Shown in pieces: positions 1 through 15,373 of a DNA stretch of 64,000 nucleotides (positions are counted from its first letter, which is position 1; the number at the start of each line of letters is the position of its first letter). Source of the DNA: the human T2T-CHM13v2.0 reference genome, Homo sapiens; NCBI RefSeq assembly GCF_009914755.1, contig NC_060927.1; one strand, written 5' to 3'. Position numbers and translations under genes: made by a program. The notes below the pieces were generated by a model that searched no databases, was not told the origin of the DNA, and worked only from the letters and a program-made list of their open reading frames with translations.

Positions 1-55
1 TCAGTACTTACCTGCCCCAAAATATCTTTATTCTGCCCTCACACTTGGTTGAGAG

Positions 56-523
56 TTTATACGTGATTGACGAGTGTTCCCCCAAAATTTACATCCACCA
101 AGAACCTCAGAATGTGACCTTATTTGGAAATAGGATCTCCACAGATGTAATTAGTTAAGGTAAGATAAGGTCATACTGAATTAGGGTGGGCTCTAAATCC
201 TATGACTGGTGTCCGCATAAGAAGGCCTTATAAAGACTCAGAGACACAGACAGAGGAAAGAGGGCCATGTGAAGGCAGAGGCGGAGACTGGAGTGATACA
301 TCTACAGGCCAAGGAACAACACTGAGGATTGCTGACAACTACCAGAAGCCTGGAGAGAAACATGGAACAGATTCTCCCTCATAGCCTCTAAAAAAAACAT
401 CAACTCTGCTGACACCTTGATTTTGGACTTCTGGCCTCCATAACTGTGAGAGAGTAAATTTCTGTTGTTTTAAGCTACCCAGTTTGTGGTGCTTTGTTGT
501 AGAAGCCACAGGAAACTAATACA
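56..523 (+). mobile_element. MaLR solo LTR, MLT1B/C-like
   Basis: Typical MLT1 motifs: 'cctcagaatgtgaccttatttggaaatagg', 'ctgctgacaccttgattttggacttctggcctcca', 3' end 'ggaaactaataca'. Confidence 0.85.
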
Positions 524-553
524 TGATTTATCTGGGATAAAATTCTGTGTTGA

Positions 554-899
<346 letters not shown>

Positions 900-1785
900 T
901 CATTATAGTTTCCAATGTTGGTTTAAGAAGTCTAATGCCACTTTAATTTCCATTTCTTTGTATGTGAAGTGTCCCCCACCACAAACTTTCAGTATCATGT
1001 ATTTATCTCTGGTGTCCTAAAATTTATTCACCAAATTTAGTTCAATAAGTGAACTAATATTCATTAGGATCTATCTTAGTGTGGTTCCTTTGTTTTCATT
1101 AATTGACATGGGCACATGGAGAACTTTTTCAATCTGGCAAGTCAAGTCCTTTGGTCCTGAAATTTTTTTTACATTATTTCTTTGACAATTTCCTCTTCTT
1201 TATTGGTTGAAAATTCAATATCCCAGATTGACCTCCCCAAATTTCTTATCCTCTATTTCCTATTCTCTACTTTTCTCTTTTTTGTTTTTCCACTTTCTTA
1301 GTGATTTCCTTGGCTCTCTCTGTATTTTCTGTTTATCCAGTTTGCTTATTCTGTTGGTTTGTATCTTTCTCATATTGAAAACTTTCCTCAAATGTGTATG
1401 AACCCAGGCTGTTTTCGTTTAACAGTGTGACAGCAAATAACTGATTAGAAACTCTGTGTACAGGAGGAGCTTGTCAACCAACTCTGAAGAGAGAAGGAGA
1501 ACCTAAGAACCCAACCATTTTGCATGAAAGATTTCAATCAATCCCTCTATACTCAGATTCACACTTAACTCACATCTTTTGCTGTACTCCCCGTTTTAAA
1601 TCCTGAGATTTTCCAGGGTTCTAAAGGAAGAATCAGATTGGTTTCTGTATCTCTTTCTGACACACACAGTTTATAGGTTTCTCCACTCTGCTGAGAAAGA
1701 AAGTCACCACTCTCAGATTTCTCTCTTTGAAAAATTTGTGTTAATCCTTGTTTGTGGCTCTATGTTCTCTCATTCTCTTTGTCCT

Positions 1786-2520
<735 letters not shown>

Positions 2521-2803
2521 GTCCTTGTACATTAAAATTCTTTTTCTTTTTGGTATTTAAAGGGATTCCAAGAAGAGATAGATGTGTGTGGTCATCCACC
2601 TTGTTGAGCAAAAAGCTTCCTTTATTTTCTGATGTACAATACACAGGAAATATTTCTATTATAATGTGTTGTTTAGTGAAATACTTGAAGTAAAACAAAA
2701 ACACTGGCATTGGAATTTGGAAGATGTGGATAGATGTCATTTCTGTCACTACACACTTAATATATCTGAAACTCAGCTTCATTGTCTTTATATTTTAAAT
2801 GTA

Positions 2804-3488
2804 CTTATTTTTTAAATTAAAATTTTGTACATTAATGGTGTACAACATAATTTTTTGAAATATGTGTACATTGTAGAATGGCTAAATCAAACTAATTAAC
2901 AGGTGCACCTCATATAGTTGGTGTTTTTTAATAGTAAAAATGCTTTAAAATCTACTTTCAGCAATTTTCAAGTTTATAATATATTGTTATTAACTATAGT
3001 CATCATGATGTGCAACAGGTCTATTGATCTTATTCCCCTAACCGAAATTTTGAACACTTTGACCAACATCTCCCTAATCCCTCTCTACCCCCTAGCCTCT
3101 AGTAGCCATCATTTTACTCTGTTTCTGTAAGTTCAACTTCTTTAGATTCCGCATATAAGAGAAATAATGTGGTGTTTGTCTTTCTGCATCTGACTTATTT
3201 TGCTTACATAATGTCCTCCAGGTTCATTGATGTTGTCACAAATGACAGGATTCTTTTCTAAGACTGAATAGTATTCCATTGTGTATATATACATTTTTCT
3301 TAATCCAGTCATCCATTGATGGGCATTTCATGATTGGCTATTGTGAATAATGCTGCAATGAACATTGGAGTGCAGACATCTCTTCAACATACTGGTTTCA
3401 TATCCTTTGGATAAACACCCAGAAGTGGGATTGCTGGATTTTTAATTTTTTTGAAGAACCTTCATATTATTTCTGTAATAGCTGTACC
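2804..3488 (-). mobile_element. LINE-1 3' end fragment (L1MA-like)
   Basis: Antisense L1 3'UTR/ORF2-end motifs 'aatagtattccattgtgtatatatac', 'gctattgtgaataatgctgcaatgaac', 'agaagtgggattgctgga'. Confidence 0.85.
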
Positions 3489-4293
3489 TTTGTCTTTAAA
3501 AAGAGATAGAAATACCCACCCATGCATAGTCCATGCTAGTGCATGGTGGTTCATGTTTTCCATTTTGAGTGTTACTTAGAGTTAACTGGACCACACATAG
3601 GAAGAAAATCACAAATAGCATAGGCTTAATCCCTGCAATCCCTGTAGAACCTCAGTGTTTTGCCCCATAGTATGGAATGAAAGATGGATGATAGGGAGTG
3701 ATCATTCAACTAACTCAACTGACTAATTCAGTTTCAGAAACTTCCTGGTAGGGAATCTTCCTCAAAGATAACTTACAAATTGTTTCATTGCAAACGAAAG
3801 GGGGAAAAGTCAATAAAAATTGCAAACATTCTCTTTCATTAGGCAAAGTGTGACTTTTCCACAAGAACAGGGCTGATTGGAAATGAGTCTTTCACATAGT
3901 TTCCAAAGACAGTTTATCTTTTTGAAATTTAACTGTAAGATCCCCCAGGAATAAGAAAACATTAACTCACAGCCGGAATTCAGGATAGTAATAAATTATT
4001 CATGGCTCAAGAAAAGAGTTCTCACACAATGTGTTGAATAATTGTATTTGAAATATTAACAAATGTCCTCAAGTTCCCACATGTGTATCCAAACTGATTT
4101 CCTTTAAGTTTAGGTACTGCTCAATGAAATGTCATTTTCCCAATAGTCCAGAAACTCATATTCCTGAAAAGTAGAATTTTTGTGAAAGGCACACTTGGGA
4201 ATATTTTTATTACTTCTTGCTGCTAAAGATGAACTTATAAAAATCATATTTTTCTTTATAAAAGTAATGTGTATCCATTATAGAAAACTTCAG

Positions 4294-4580
<287 letters not shown>

Positions 4581-4789
4581 TTCAATATATACAATTGACA
4601 TTAAAATCTACCATGTATTTTACAGTTACAAATTTTCTAATCTTGGGCACTCAATTTTCATCAAAAATACTTATCTGTATTTCAGTTTCATAAAATTTAA
4701 AGTTAAAAAAAGCAGATTGAAATACTCAAGTTGTTTCAAATACCCTTAAAGATTTTTTAATAGCTAAATTGGTCATAAGGTTTTTACAA

Positions 4790-4905
4790 TTTTAAATTAA
4801 TTAAAATTTAGTTAAGTTAAAACTCCAGTTCCACTTTCTGACTAGCCACATTTTAAGTGCTCAAGAGCCACATGTGGTTAGTGGCTACTGCATTAGACAG
4901 CACAG
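4790..4905. mobile_element. hAT-Charlie MER3/MER33-like fragment
   Basis: 'ctagccacattttaagtgctcaagagccacatgtggttagtggctactgcattagacagcacag'. Confidence 0.75.
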
Positions 4906-5248
4906 ATATAGATGGATAGCTATATAGAAAAATAGACACAGAGATAGGGATGTGGCTATGGATATGTCACATATAAGCATATCCTCATATCAATAACTAT
5001 TATTCCAACACAAGATTTTCAGTGATTGTGGACTGTATCATCTCTTCATTCCTTTTATGGGTATATATGGCATAATTTATCTATTTATTCTCAATGATTT
5101 TGAACATTACTGTTTTTTCCATTTTGTTGTACAAATTTATACTATATTTATGATCATTTTCTTAGGATAGATTCTTAGAAATGGTATTACTAAGTATTAT
5201 TAAGTATATTAGACAGGGTTCTCTAAAGAAACAGAACCACTAGGATTT

Positions 5249-5290
<42 letters not shown>

Positions 5291-5577
5291 ATATACATAT
5301 AGGTGTATATACATATATACATATGAAATATATACATATAGGTGTATATACATATATACATATTATGAAATATATACATATAGGTATATATACATATATA
5401 CATATGTGTATATACACATATGTGTATATACATATATACATATGTGTATATATACATATGTGTATGTACATATGTATATATGTATACATATATGTATATA
5501 TACATATATGTATATGTACGTATATATACATACATGTACATATATATGTACATATATGTGTGTGTGTATATATATAT
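5249..5577. repeat. Complex alternating purine-pyrimidine microsatellite (TA/CA/TG)
   Basis: Directly visible, ~330 bp. Confidence 0.97.
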
Positions 5578-5733
5578 CTAGAGAAACAGAACCACTAGGA
5601 TGATATATATATGCCAGAAATCCAAACTCTGCAGGGTAGGCTAGCAAGCTGGAGACCAAGGGAAGAGTGTATGCCTTAGTTTAAGCCCAGAGGTAGTCTG
5701 TTGGCAGAATTCCCTCTTCTTCAGGGAGGCCAG

Positions 5734-6122
5734 TTTTTCTTTTTTCTTTTCTTTCTTTTTTCTTTTTTCTTTTCTTTTCTTTCTCTTTCTTTCTCTTTCT
5801 CTTTCTGTTTTTCTTTCTTTCTTTTCTTTTTTTTTGAGACAGAGTCTCGCATTGTCGCCCAGGCTGGAGAGCAGTGGCGCGATCTCGGCTCACTGCAAGC
5901 TCCGCCTCCTGGGTTCACGCCATTCTCCTGCCTCAGCCTCCTGAGTAGCTGGGACTACAGGCGCCCACCACCACGCCCAGCTAATTTTTTGTATTTTTTT
6001 TTTTTAGTAGAGACGAGTTCTCACCGTGTTAGGCAGGATGGTCTTGATCTCCTGACCTCGTGATCCGCCCGCCTCGGCCTCCCAAAGTGCTGAGATTACA
6101 GGCGTGAGCCACTACGCCCGGC
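5734..6122 (-). mobile_element. AluY-like element with a ~100-bp degenerate (A/GA-rich) tail
   Basis: 'gcaagctccgcctcc', 'ttcacgccattctcc' AluY diagnostics; many CpGs retained; pyrimidine tract 5734-5834. Confidence 0.95.
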
Positions 6123-7399
6123 TTCTTTCTATTGTTAAGGCTTTTAACTGATTGAATGAGGTTCAGCCACTTCATGAAGAGTAATCTACTTTACTCAAAG
6201 TCTATCAATTTAAATGTCAATTGCATCTAAAAAACATCTTCACAGAAACATCTAGAATGTTTCACCAAATATCTGGTTACCACGGGTTACCAAGTTAACA
6301 CATAAAATGAACCATCACAGTAAGTTTTGTTCTTGATCAATACCATATCATTGTGATTGTTTACATTCTCATCTGCAGTGTACGAGCTAACTCATCATAT
6401 TACACTCTAGCAAGTAATCAATATTATTTTTTTTCTATCTTTGCCAATTTTACATGCAAATAAATTTCATAATTTTAATGTACGTACTTTTGATTACTAT
6501 CAGGTTGAACCCTCACGTATTTATTGATCATTTGTACTCCCTATTCTACTGTCTATTCATTATTTTTTGTCTATCATTTCTACACAAAAGCTATGAAGTA
6601 AATCACAAAGGAAAAATGTTTATTGTATTCAATTACACAAAATTTAAGAAAATTTGTATAGATTTTAATCTGTGTCTTGATGGGTGTGTGTAATAGAGGC
6701 TATTTGAGCAAAGGTGGTAGATTTAGTGTTGATATATTAAAATATGTTAAATTCTCTACTGTTCAATAAAATTTTGAGAGGTAATAACTTTTCTTGCAGA
6801 AAAGGTATTCAAGCCAAGACTGGGTGACTAATGTCAGGGATTCTCCAGGTGGATTTCTAAATTAAGAATGCCCTAAAATACTTACACATTTTAGCTCCAC
6901 TAAAATGTGGAGCTACTCTTATAATGTCCCTTCTTCCAACACTTCTTCCTGTGGAAAGATCCATGTGTATAGCTGTGGTTATTTACCAAAATATCCTCTT
7001 AACATGATCCTGCATAACCCAAACTTCAAGGATTTTTTTTTTCAACATACTGTTGAATTTGGACCAGCTTCCAAGAAGAACCAACACTGAATTCCCTTTC
7101 TCAAGAAAATTACGCAGAAGCAAAGGGAAGAATGTCTGGCAAAAACAATCTCAGAGGGACAAAGATTGGTGGTGAGGGAGAGTTGGAGCCTCTGCATGTG
7201 ATAACCTTCCACTCTATGGCCAGTGTACACCAAGTTGTCACAGATGGCAGATCTCAAAGGAAAAGCTTCCAAGACTTCAACTTTTGAATGGCTGCTCTGA
7301 CTTCTTATGATGTGAGCATTGCAGGGAATCATTCCAATTCTGGACAATTAATAAAACCATAAAAAGTTTCTAAAATTCAATAATAAATCACTAATAGAT

Positions 7400-8480
7400 A
7401 AATAGATAAAATGTAACAGAAGATGAGCAGTATCATGCTTAATGATAAAATGCTAGAATTAATTCAATAAGTACTCATTGAGCATTAACCATGTTAGCCC
7501 TTTACTAAGTACTAGATATACCATTGTGAGCAAAATATGATGAGTTCTTAGATTTCATGAAGTTTACAGATGAATGGAGGAGACAGTCATTAGTCACATC
7601 ACTATGCAAATAAGCCTGAAATTACAACTGTAATGAGTACAATGACGTAAGGGTACATGATATGCTAAGAGAATGTAGTAGGGAGACCTGGACTGGTCCA
7701 GGCCATCAGAATTGTTTGTCCTAGAAGAGGAGGTGAACTAAGATCTGAAGAATAAGTAACAGTTAGTAGGGGAAGTTAAGGAGTTGAATTGAAGAGAAAG
7801 AAGTATATAAGAAGACAAGCAATATGGCACATTATCAGAAATAGATTTGATGCTGGTTAACACCGCTATTATCAAACTTCATTCAAGAAATACCAACAAG
7901 TATAATGAGACAATAAAACAAAATGGGAAAAAGAGGCAAAATTGTTATTTTTAGATAATGTGATTATCAACTTGGAAAACTGAGGAATATGTAATGAAAT
8001 TCTAATTATAATTGAAAAGGCTACTCAGTAGGATTGGTTATATAGACGTACAAAAATCTATAACCTTTTATATAGCAATGATGAAGGAACAGTATTTACA
8101 AGAACAATAGTGTAAAATGCCCAGGAATAAACATAACAGGAAATGTAGAGAAACTATAAAATTCTACTGAGCAATATGAAAGAAACCAAAAATAGATAAA
8201 TTCCATATTCTTAAAAAGCAGAATATTTAAACATGAATTTCTTCCCAAAGTGTTATATAATTTAACATGTTGGGGAAACTGGGCAAACTATTATACATTT
8301 TATCTGAAAGAATTGTAAAAAACTAATATTGGGTGATTTGCTTTATCACACATTAAAACATACCATGAAACCATAATATTTTTTAAGTGGGTGCAAAAAT
8401 AAGCATGCAAATCACTGAAATGGTACGAAGTTCCAGAAACAGACCCAAATAAATAATTTTATTATACTCATATTTTAATA
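7400..8480. mobile_element. Degraded L2 and ancient L1 (L1ME-like) fragments
   Basis: L2-like 'ttcaataagtactcattgagca' and A-rich L1 ORF2-like remnants; highly diverged. Confidence 0.5.
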
Positions 8481-9857
8481 GCTTGATTGATTCTGTTGTT
8501 TGGATGTATGGTACCATTATGAAACCTGCAGAGTTTGGATTGCTAGCCTCCACAATCACATGAGCCAATTGTTTATATTCCTTAAAATAATGATAACTAA
8601 CTCCTGATCATTGATTGGTTATATACAAGGTAACCACTGTTATCCCGGTGTGCCTGAAACAGGCTTGGTTTATGTTTCTTGTCTTGGCATAATTATTAAT
8701 AGAGCCTCTTTTTACTCCCAAAAGTATTCCCTTTTGAATGATACATTATATGGTTACCCAATTTATGTAATTATTTTTATTTTTCCTTAATATAAACAGT
8801 ACAGCAATAAATATACTTGCAGCTAAGTCTTTACATAGAATTTTTATATGACTGGATCAAAGTTTGTGTACATTTAAATTTTTTGATATATATTACCTTG
8901 CCTTCCAGAGAAATTGTTAACACTCCCACCAGTAATTACAAAGAGAGTCATTTTTCCAAAACCTGAAAAAACCGGATAGTACTATTCATTTTTAAGAATC
9001 CTTTCTAGTTTTGTAAGTGAAATTGTGTCTTACTGCCTTAATATGTATTTAGTTCATTATTGTTTTAAGTGAACATTTGTACAGATCAATGTTCTTTCAT
9101 TACGAGCAACAGAAAACAATTCTGGGTGGGTTAAATCAAGGGAAATGCAGGGAAAGGACATCAGAGGCTCACGGAATTAATGAGAGGCTGGAGATTTTCC
9201 AGGTTTAGGAATGGGCAGGACAGGCATTTCTGGAGTTGAGGAAACAGGCACTTCAGCATTGGACTCAATATAGAAGAGCATCCTTGGGCTGGGTCTGCTC
9301 AGGACATAGTCACAAGAACGGGATGAAACCCAACATTTTTGGTCTCTTTATTTCATTCTCAATATTCAAGTTCCAGTTGACTTAGCTTGGGCCACATGTC
9401 TGCCCTTAGACTAAGAATGCACAGTGCCCAGATTACAATCCCACTGAACCATAAGCCAGAGAGACAGTGGTAATTTCTCCAGGGAAATCAGTCTTGTCAG
9501 GAAGGGGAAATGGATCGTGAGCCATCAACCCAACAAATGACCATGAGTTTTTTCCTCTATTGGCTATTCATTTCTCCTTCTGCAAATCATTTATTTATGT
9601 CCTTTGCACATTTTTATCCTGCAGTGTTCATCTTTCTTATGCTGACTTATAAGAGATCTGCAAGTATATTTTGAAGCTAAGATCATAGGGCTTTGCAGAA
9701 GCCACCTAAAGGTGTCTTCATTTTGTTATTTGGCAAAAGTTAAAGCCCTCCCCACCCCTTGCAAGTTTTGTTGTTGTTAGTTGGTTGGTTGGTTTGTGAC
9801 CTACAATTAAAATAAGCTGTGACAGTTATAGAGCTGGTGCTTTTTCTTTTCTGTCAC

Positions 9858-10825
9858 TGTAGTAGTTGTAACTGTGACACTAGCTGCTGTAACATATAAA
9901 TCTCAAAAATCACAGGATTAAGTGATGATTTCAAAACATGCTCCCCAAATTCTTTAACATTCTTCCTATTGAAAACTGGCACCTACATCTTAATACCTTG
10001 AATCTGGGCTCTCTGCTTGATAAATAAGTTATGGCAGTGGTGAAATTGTGTCAGTTTCTGGGCCCAAACTTTGAAAAAGTGTTAGCTTCTACTTTCTGTC
10101 TCTTGGGACATTTGCTCTTGGAACTCAGTCTCTATGCCATTAGGAAGTCAAGCAGCCTGTGAAGAGGCCAGAATGGAGTGGAACTGCGGACCTCCAGCCC
10201 TCAGGTCAGGTCCCAGCTGACTCCCAGCACTTACTTGCCCACCATCTGAGACACCACCTTGAAAGTCAGCCCTCCAGCCCCCAGCAGATCTACAACAGAG
10301 GATGCTATGTGGAGCAGAGGGAAACTACCCCTACAGAGCCCTGTCCAAATTAAAGTTCTGTGAGTAAAATCCATGATTGTTGCTATTTTAAGCCTCTAAC
10401 TTTTGGGGTGGTTTGTTGCATTGTGATAGATAACAGATACAGAGTAAAAAATTGAAGTTTATTTCTCATTCATAGTCCAGTGCTGACATTTTGGTGAGTA
10501 AGCGAGCTTTTACATGGTAACTTAGAGGCTTCCAGGAGGCATGCTTCTTCCATTTTCTGATGCTGTGCTTCCCTTATGGATGCAGCTAGTCTATGAAGAA
10601 GAGCAAGTGAAAAAGTATGTGAAGAAGTAAAATTTGCTTCTTAAGCTCTTTGGTCTGGAAATAATGCCTTGCCTTCACTTGCATTCCTATCGGCCAAAAT
10701 ATCATATGCCCACATTCAGACAGAAAGGAATCTGGGAACTGTGGTTTCTAGCTTCCCAGTAAACATTCACACTATGGCAGGTGGAGCACAAATCTTTGGT
10801 GGAGCAGCCAGCTGTTGGACACACT
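9858..10825. mobile_element. Nested old MaLR LTRs (MLT1F/G/H-like at ~9923-10441 inside an MLT1K-like element)
   Basis: Inner element ends 'ttttaagcctctaacttttggggtggtttgttgcattgtgatagataacagataca'; flanks resemble the element at ~44735-45146. Confidence 0.65.
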
Positions 10826-12742
10826 CACTTAGCAAAAAAATTTAATGCTATTCTTCTTTGGACAGCAAAAAAATAAGAGAACCAATTGTTTCTGTTAGAA
10901 AAATCTCATTGTTCACCTTGTGTATTAGTCTCCTCCGGTAGTTTATTTCTCAACAAAATATATGAAAACATAGAAGCCCAGTTGTGACTCTTTGTTTTTA
11001 AAATACATAGTAAAGTCTATATCTTTCTAGGGTAAGAATTTGCTTATGGGAAATTTTAACTTGTTTCCCAAAAAGGTATCAATCATGGGTAACTTAGAGG
11101 AAGATTTCTCGGGAAAAAAAAGCTGTTTTGGGTTGTATATTTCCCTGCGTGGCCGGGTACAAAGTAAGAGGCCTAGAGGAGTGATCTGGGGAACAGTCGT
11201 TTGGCCTTAGCCTTGCCACCATTGGCTGGGTGACCTTGCTTGCCCTCCTTGCACCTCCATTACTTCACAGGGAAAAGGAAGGAGTTAGATTGGATAATCT
11301 TGAAGCTTTTAAACTCTGAGCATAAATATGCTCAGAGCATAATATGACTCTGAGCGTAAATACTATTGAAAAAGCTTCAGTCCTGGAAAAATTGAAATGA
11401 TACCATGATGTATACTTGTGATTGCTAATTAATGTTCTCTCCTATGAAATAATCCTCTCCTCAAAGAAGTTAGGGTGGGAATTGTAGATTTTTCCACCTT
11501 TGCGTAGTGTTCTCTTGGCCACAACAGCAACAGAAACTGACCTGAGCCTTAGCAATAATAAATGAAGAGACATGTCTTAGAATTCTGTCTCAGGAATAGA
11601 TTATTATCCACAGCTTAGAACTTACGTGAGTTCCCAATTTCAGCAGGAAAACAATGAACCTGTATCTTTTCTTCCCTACCTCCTGAATTTAACTTGTGGG
11701 ATCCACTGAAATGGTGAGTAGGGTATAGTGTGCATGCAGGAGGGAAGTTAAACAAGCAAATTCTGCATCTGTTCTCAAAATTGTAATTAAGAGGAGATAG
11801 TGCTCTGAGACTCTGCTCTCAGCAAAGTGCTGACCAGTTAAACCCCAAGCTTAAGTCATAGGAAATAAAGCTCTGTGCCTGGATGCATTTACTAACTATT
11901 CCATTTCTTGAGGAAAATTTTGATTTTATACATGGCCATAACTATTTTTTCTCCATCACTCCTGGAACTACTGTGTAGGAGACTTCTGGTTTTTGTCCCC
12001 AGAAACCACAGTTTCAGCAAATTGGAAGAATGCATATATAAATCTCTGCATGGCGTGTAAGTGTACATGCTCATGTGCCTGTATATGTTTAATTCTGCAC
12101 CAGAGATCCCAGAGGATGGATGACTAATCACAGTAAGTCTGAACTTCTTCAGAGTTTTTGGGGATAAGAGTGGGAGGAAAATACCATATCTAATGTTTAA
12201 TAACAACGGTCCAGCACAAGAAACCTTGGGATGGAAATAACATATAAGAAGGGGTGAGTTTTCTGAGATTCGGGGAAAAAATGCAAATTATTCCTTAAAT
12301 GGGCTTCCCTGAAATAAAAACTGAAATGTTTGCACATATTTATTCAATAATCTTTCTTACAGTAAAATAACCAGTTGGAGCAATGTCAATTGCTATTGCT
12401 CCTGTAATAAAGTTCACTGAGGCTTTAAATTTATTAATTGCCCTTCTTAGTCTTATTGCAGTCTACTATTAGAGTATTAAAAGCTGCTAGAAACATGTAA
12501 TTGCCATAAATGTTCTCAAGTGGATGAATCATACCCTTTTGAAAATCTGGACTTATTGTTTCTTTTTTAACAATAGAGATTGCTGCTTCTCCAGATGCCT
12601 AAAATGTGGCTTTCATTCAGACAGTTCAAATAACACAGTCTCTTCTGGCTGATCAAAAATTCTGAGTAGGGCTTCTTCAGAGTAGAACTTCCACTTCTTT
12701 CATGAAAACCTAAGATAAAATTTTAATAGAAAGTTTGTCTGA

Positions 12743-13121
<379 letters not shown>

Positions 13122-13529
13122 TAGTGTGGACAGGGATTGGAGGATCCAGCTTTCCAATACAATCGGTTAAGCTTCCTAAAACACATACTACAACCACTGA
13201 CCTATGTTTCCTTAAATAAGGCTTAAAGGCAAATAATGTGCTTGCAGATTGAGAGATTATACTTCCTACTTGTTTAACATTTAATTTTGAATCCTGAAAC
13301 TTCATTATTATTAACGTGAAACTGTAGCCTTATAAAATTTAATATTTGTGGTCACTTTATAGAAATCTGCCTTAGCTTAAACTCATAAATAATTGGAAAG
13401 TGATAAGGAACTGCAAATGAAGTTTGCCTCCAAGGAGTATCATGTATTTTACCAAGGAATTTCCTCACAAACTCTTGAGAACCTCAGAATCATGTCATAA
13501 AATCAAAATAGAATAAAATTATTGATACT

Positions 13530-13980
13530 TTGCATTATGGTAAGTGAAATAAGCCAAACGGCGACAGACAAATGCTGTATAGTATAATTTATGTGTGGAA
13601 TCTAATGAAATAAAAAGTCAGACTCATAGAAACAGAGGAGAATGGTGATTGCCAGGGATTGAGGGGAGTGGCACAGTTAGGAAATATTGGTCAGGGGATA
13701 CAAATTTTCAGTGAGAAGATGAATACATTCTGAGTATCCAATGCACAGCATGGTGACAGTTAGTAATACTAATACTGCATACTTGAAATTTGCTGACAGT
13801 AGACTTTAAGCATTCTCTCACAAACACAAAAAAGTTAACCATATGTGGTGATGGATGTGTTAATTAACTTGATTGTGGCAATCATTTCACAACATATATG
13901 TATATCAAATCATCACACTGTACGCTTCAAATATATATAATTTTATTTGTCAATATACCTCAATAGAGCTGGAACAAAAC
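13530..13980 (+). mobile_element. LINE-1 3' end (L1MA/MB-like)
   Basis: 'gactcatagaaacagaggagaatggtgattgccaggg', 'tatatcaaatcatcacactgtac', 'cctcaatagagctgg'. Confidence 0.85.
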
Positions 13981-14019
13981 GCAAAAGCATTTAAAAGGCA
14001 AAATTTTAAAAGAGGGAAA

Positions 14020-14250
14020 TAAAATGAGGTCATCAGGGTGAGCCCAATCCAATACGACTGGTGTCCTATAGACACAGACAGGTATAGAGGGAAGACCACG
14101 TGAATACACAGAGAGAAGGCGGCCATCTACAAGCCAAGGGGAGCGGGCTCAGAAGAAACCAACCCAGCAGACATCTAGATCTTACATTGCCAACCCCCAC
14201 AACCATGGGAATCAATTCCTTAAAACAAATTTCTGCTGTTTAAGCCATCC
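14020..14250 (+). mobile_element. MLT1B-like LTR fragment
   Basis: Similar to 56-523: 'ccatctacaagccaagg', 'aaatttctgctgtttaagcca'. Confidence 0.75.
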
Positions 14251-14899
14251 CCAACCCTCAGAACAAACCTTTGGAAAATGCAATATGATAGATCAATCCA
14301 CATCTTTGTGAAAGGAAAATACGTACAATTAAGGCACTCAGATTATGAATTTAAGCCTTTCTCATAGCTTTTCTCTAATTTCCAATTTGGAGAGATTTGG
14401 TCATCTGGGTTAGGCACCCAGTCAGCATATTGAATTATTGTAGATGTATCCAAGATAAACAATTCTTGTCAGATAAAGGAAAATCACATTGTAAGCCAGG
14501 TTTTAATATGGTGCTTTTTCAATAATTCTCAACTAAACTCGTCAGCAGCTAGTGTTAAGGAACCCCAGTGAGGCCCGTGCTGCACAAAGCACATGACACA
14601 GCCTCTTTGAACGACACAAGGGACTTTTTCCATACGATATTCCCCAGATAGAGCAGTCAATGTTTCTAAAGAAACATTCATGCAGGCAGACAGGCATTGC
14701 CCCACTTCCACCATGAGCCCCAAAGGACTGGCAGGGACAAGGGAAACTGAGAGGAAGAACAATTTGGGCAAGCAGAGACTCAGAGAGAAAAGTGACAGAA
14801 GCCAGTATGGGAGCTTGCCTGCACACAGCCTCAAGAGGATTTTATATTCCGTTTGATTTGGGTAATGTGAGCCTCAGTTGGGTCCTAATATTCTTTGTT

Positions 14900-15373
14900 G
14901 TTGCTGTTCTACACTCCTGGGAGCTCCCACACTGACCCAGCGGGCAGACTTGCAGACTCGAAAGCTTTCTCCAGCAGATGTTTTCAGTCCGCCTCCACGC
15001 TCCTCCCCTCTTCACACTGGATTCCACATGCTAAAGGCTGCACTGCCTGATCCCAGGGCAAGACCCATTGCCAGAGAGTTTATCCTTCTGAGAGCATATC
15101 TCAGCCAATAACAAACAGGGATTTTGTTAACAGATAACTGAGCACGTCCTACACTTCTTCCCAGCATTCCCCAGTGGGACTGAGCTCTAGTTGTCCAGAG
15201 AGGCAACTTGTTCGATAACACACTCTTCACTGGCTGCCTTCCCTTTCCTGTCTCATTTCCCTACTCCTGTAGAAGCATTTTCTAGGATCGTCTCCCACAT
15301 AAACTACTTGCACGTGAGCCCTTGTCTCAGGGTCTGCTTTTGGGTGGGACTGGGCGGGGGGCAAACTAGGACA
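14900..15373 (+). mobile_element. LTR16-like (ERVL) solo LTR
   Basis: 3' motif 'ataaactacttgcac...cccttgtctcagggtctgcttttggg...aaactaggaca'; 5' boundary uncertain. Confidence 0.75.

Larger units (their letters stand above)
5205..6319 (-). mobile_element. MLT2-family (ERVL) solo LTR containing a TA/CA microsatellite and an AluY
   Basis: 'cagggttctctaaagaaacagaacc' at one end and 'acacataaaatgaaccatcaca' at the other; near-TSD ttaag/gtaag. Confidence 0.85.

Noticed and set aside
5-14. Minus-strand consensus donor (CAG|GTAAGTA), and a similar one near 21995
   Set aside because: Isolated motifs in repeat-derived context with no supporting acceptor or exon.
5223-5659. Tyr/Ile/His/Met-rich ORFs on both strands
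   Set aside because: Translations of the TA/CA microsatellite.
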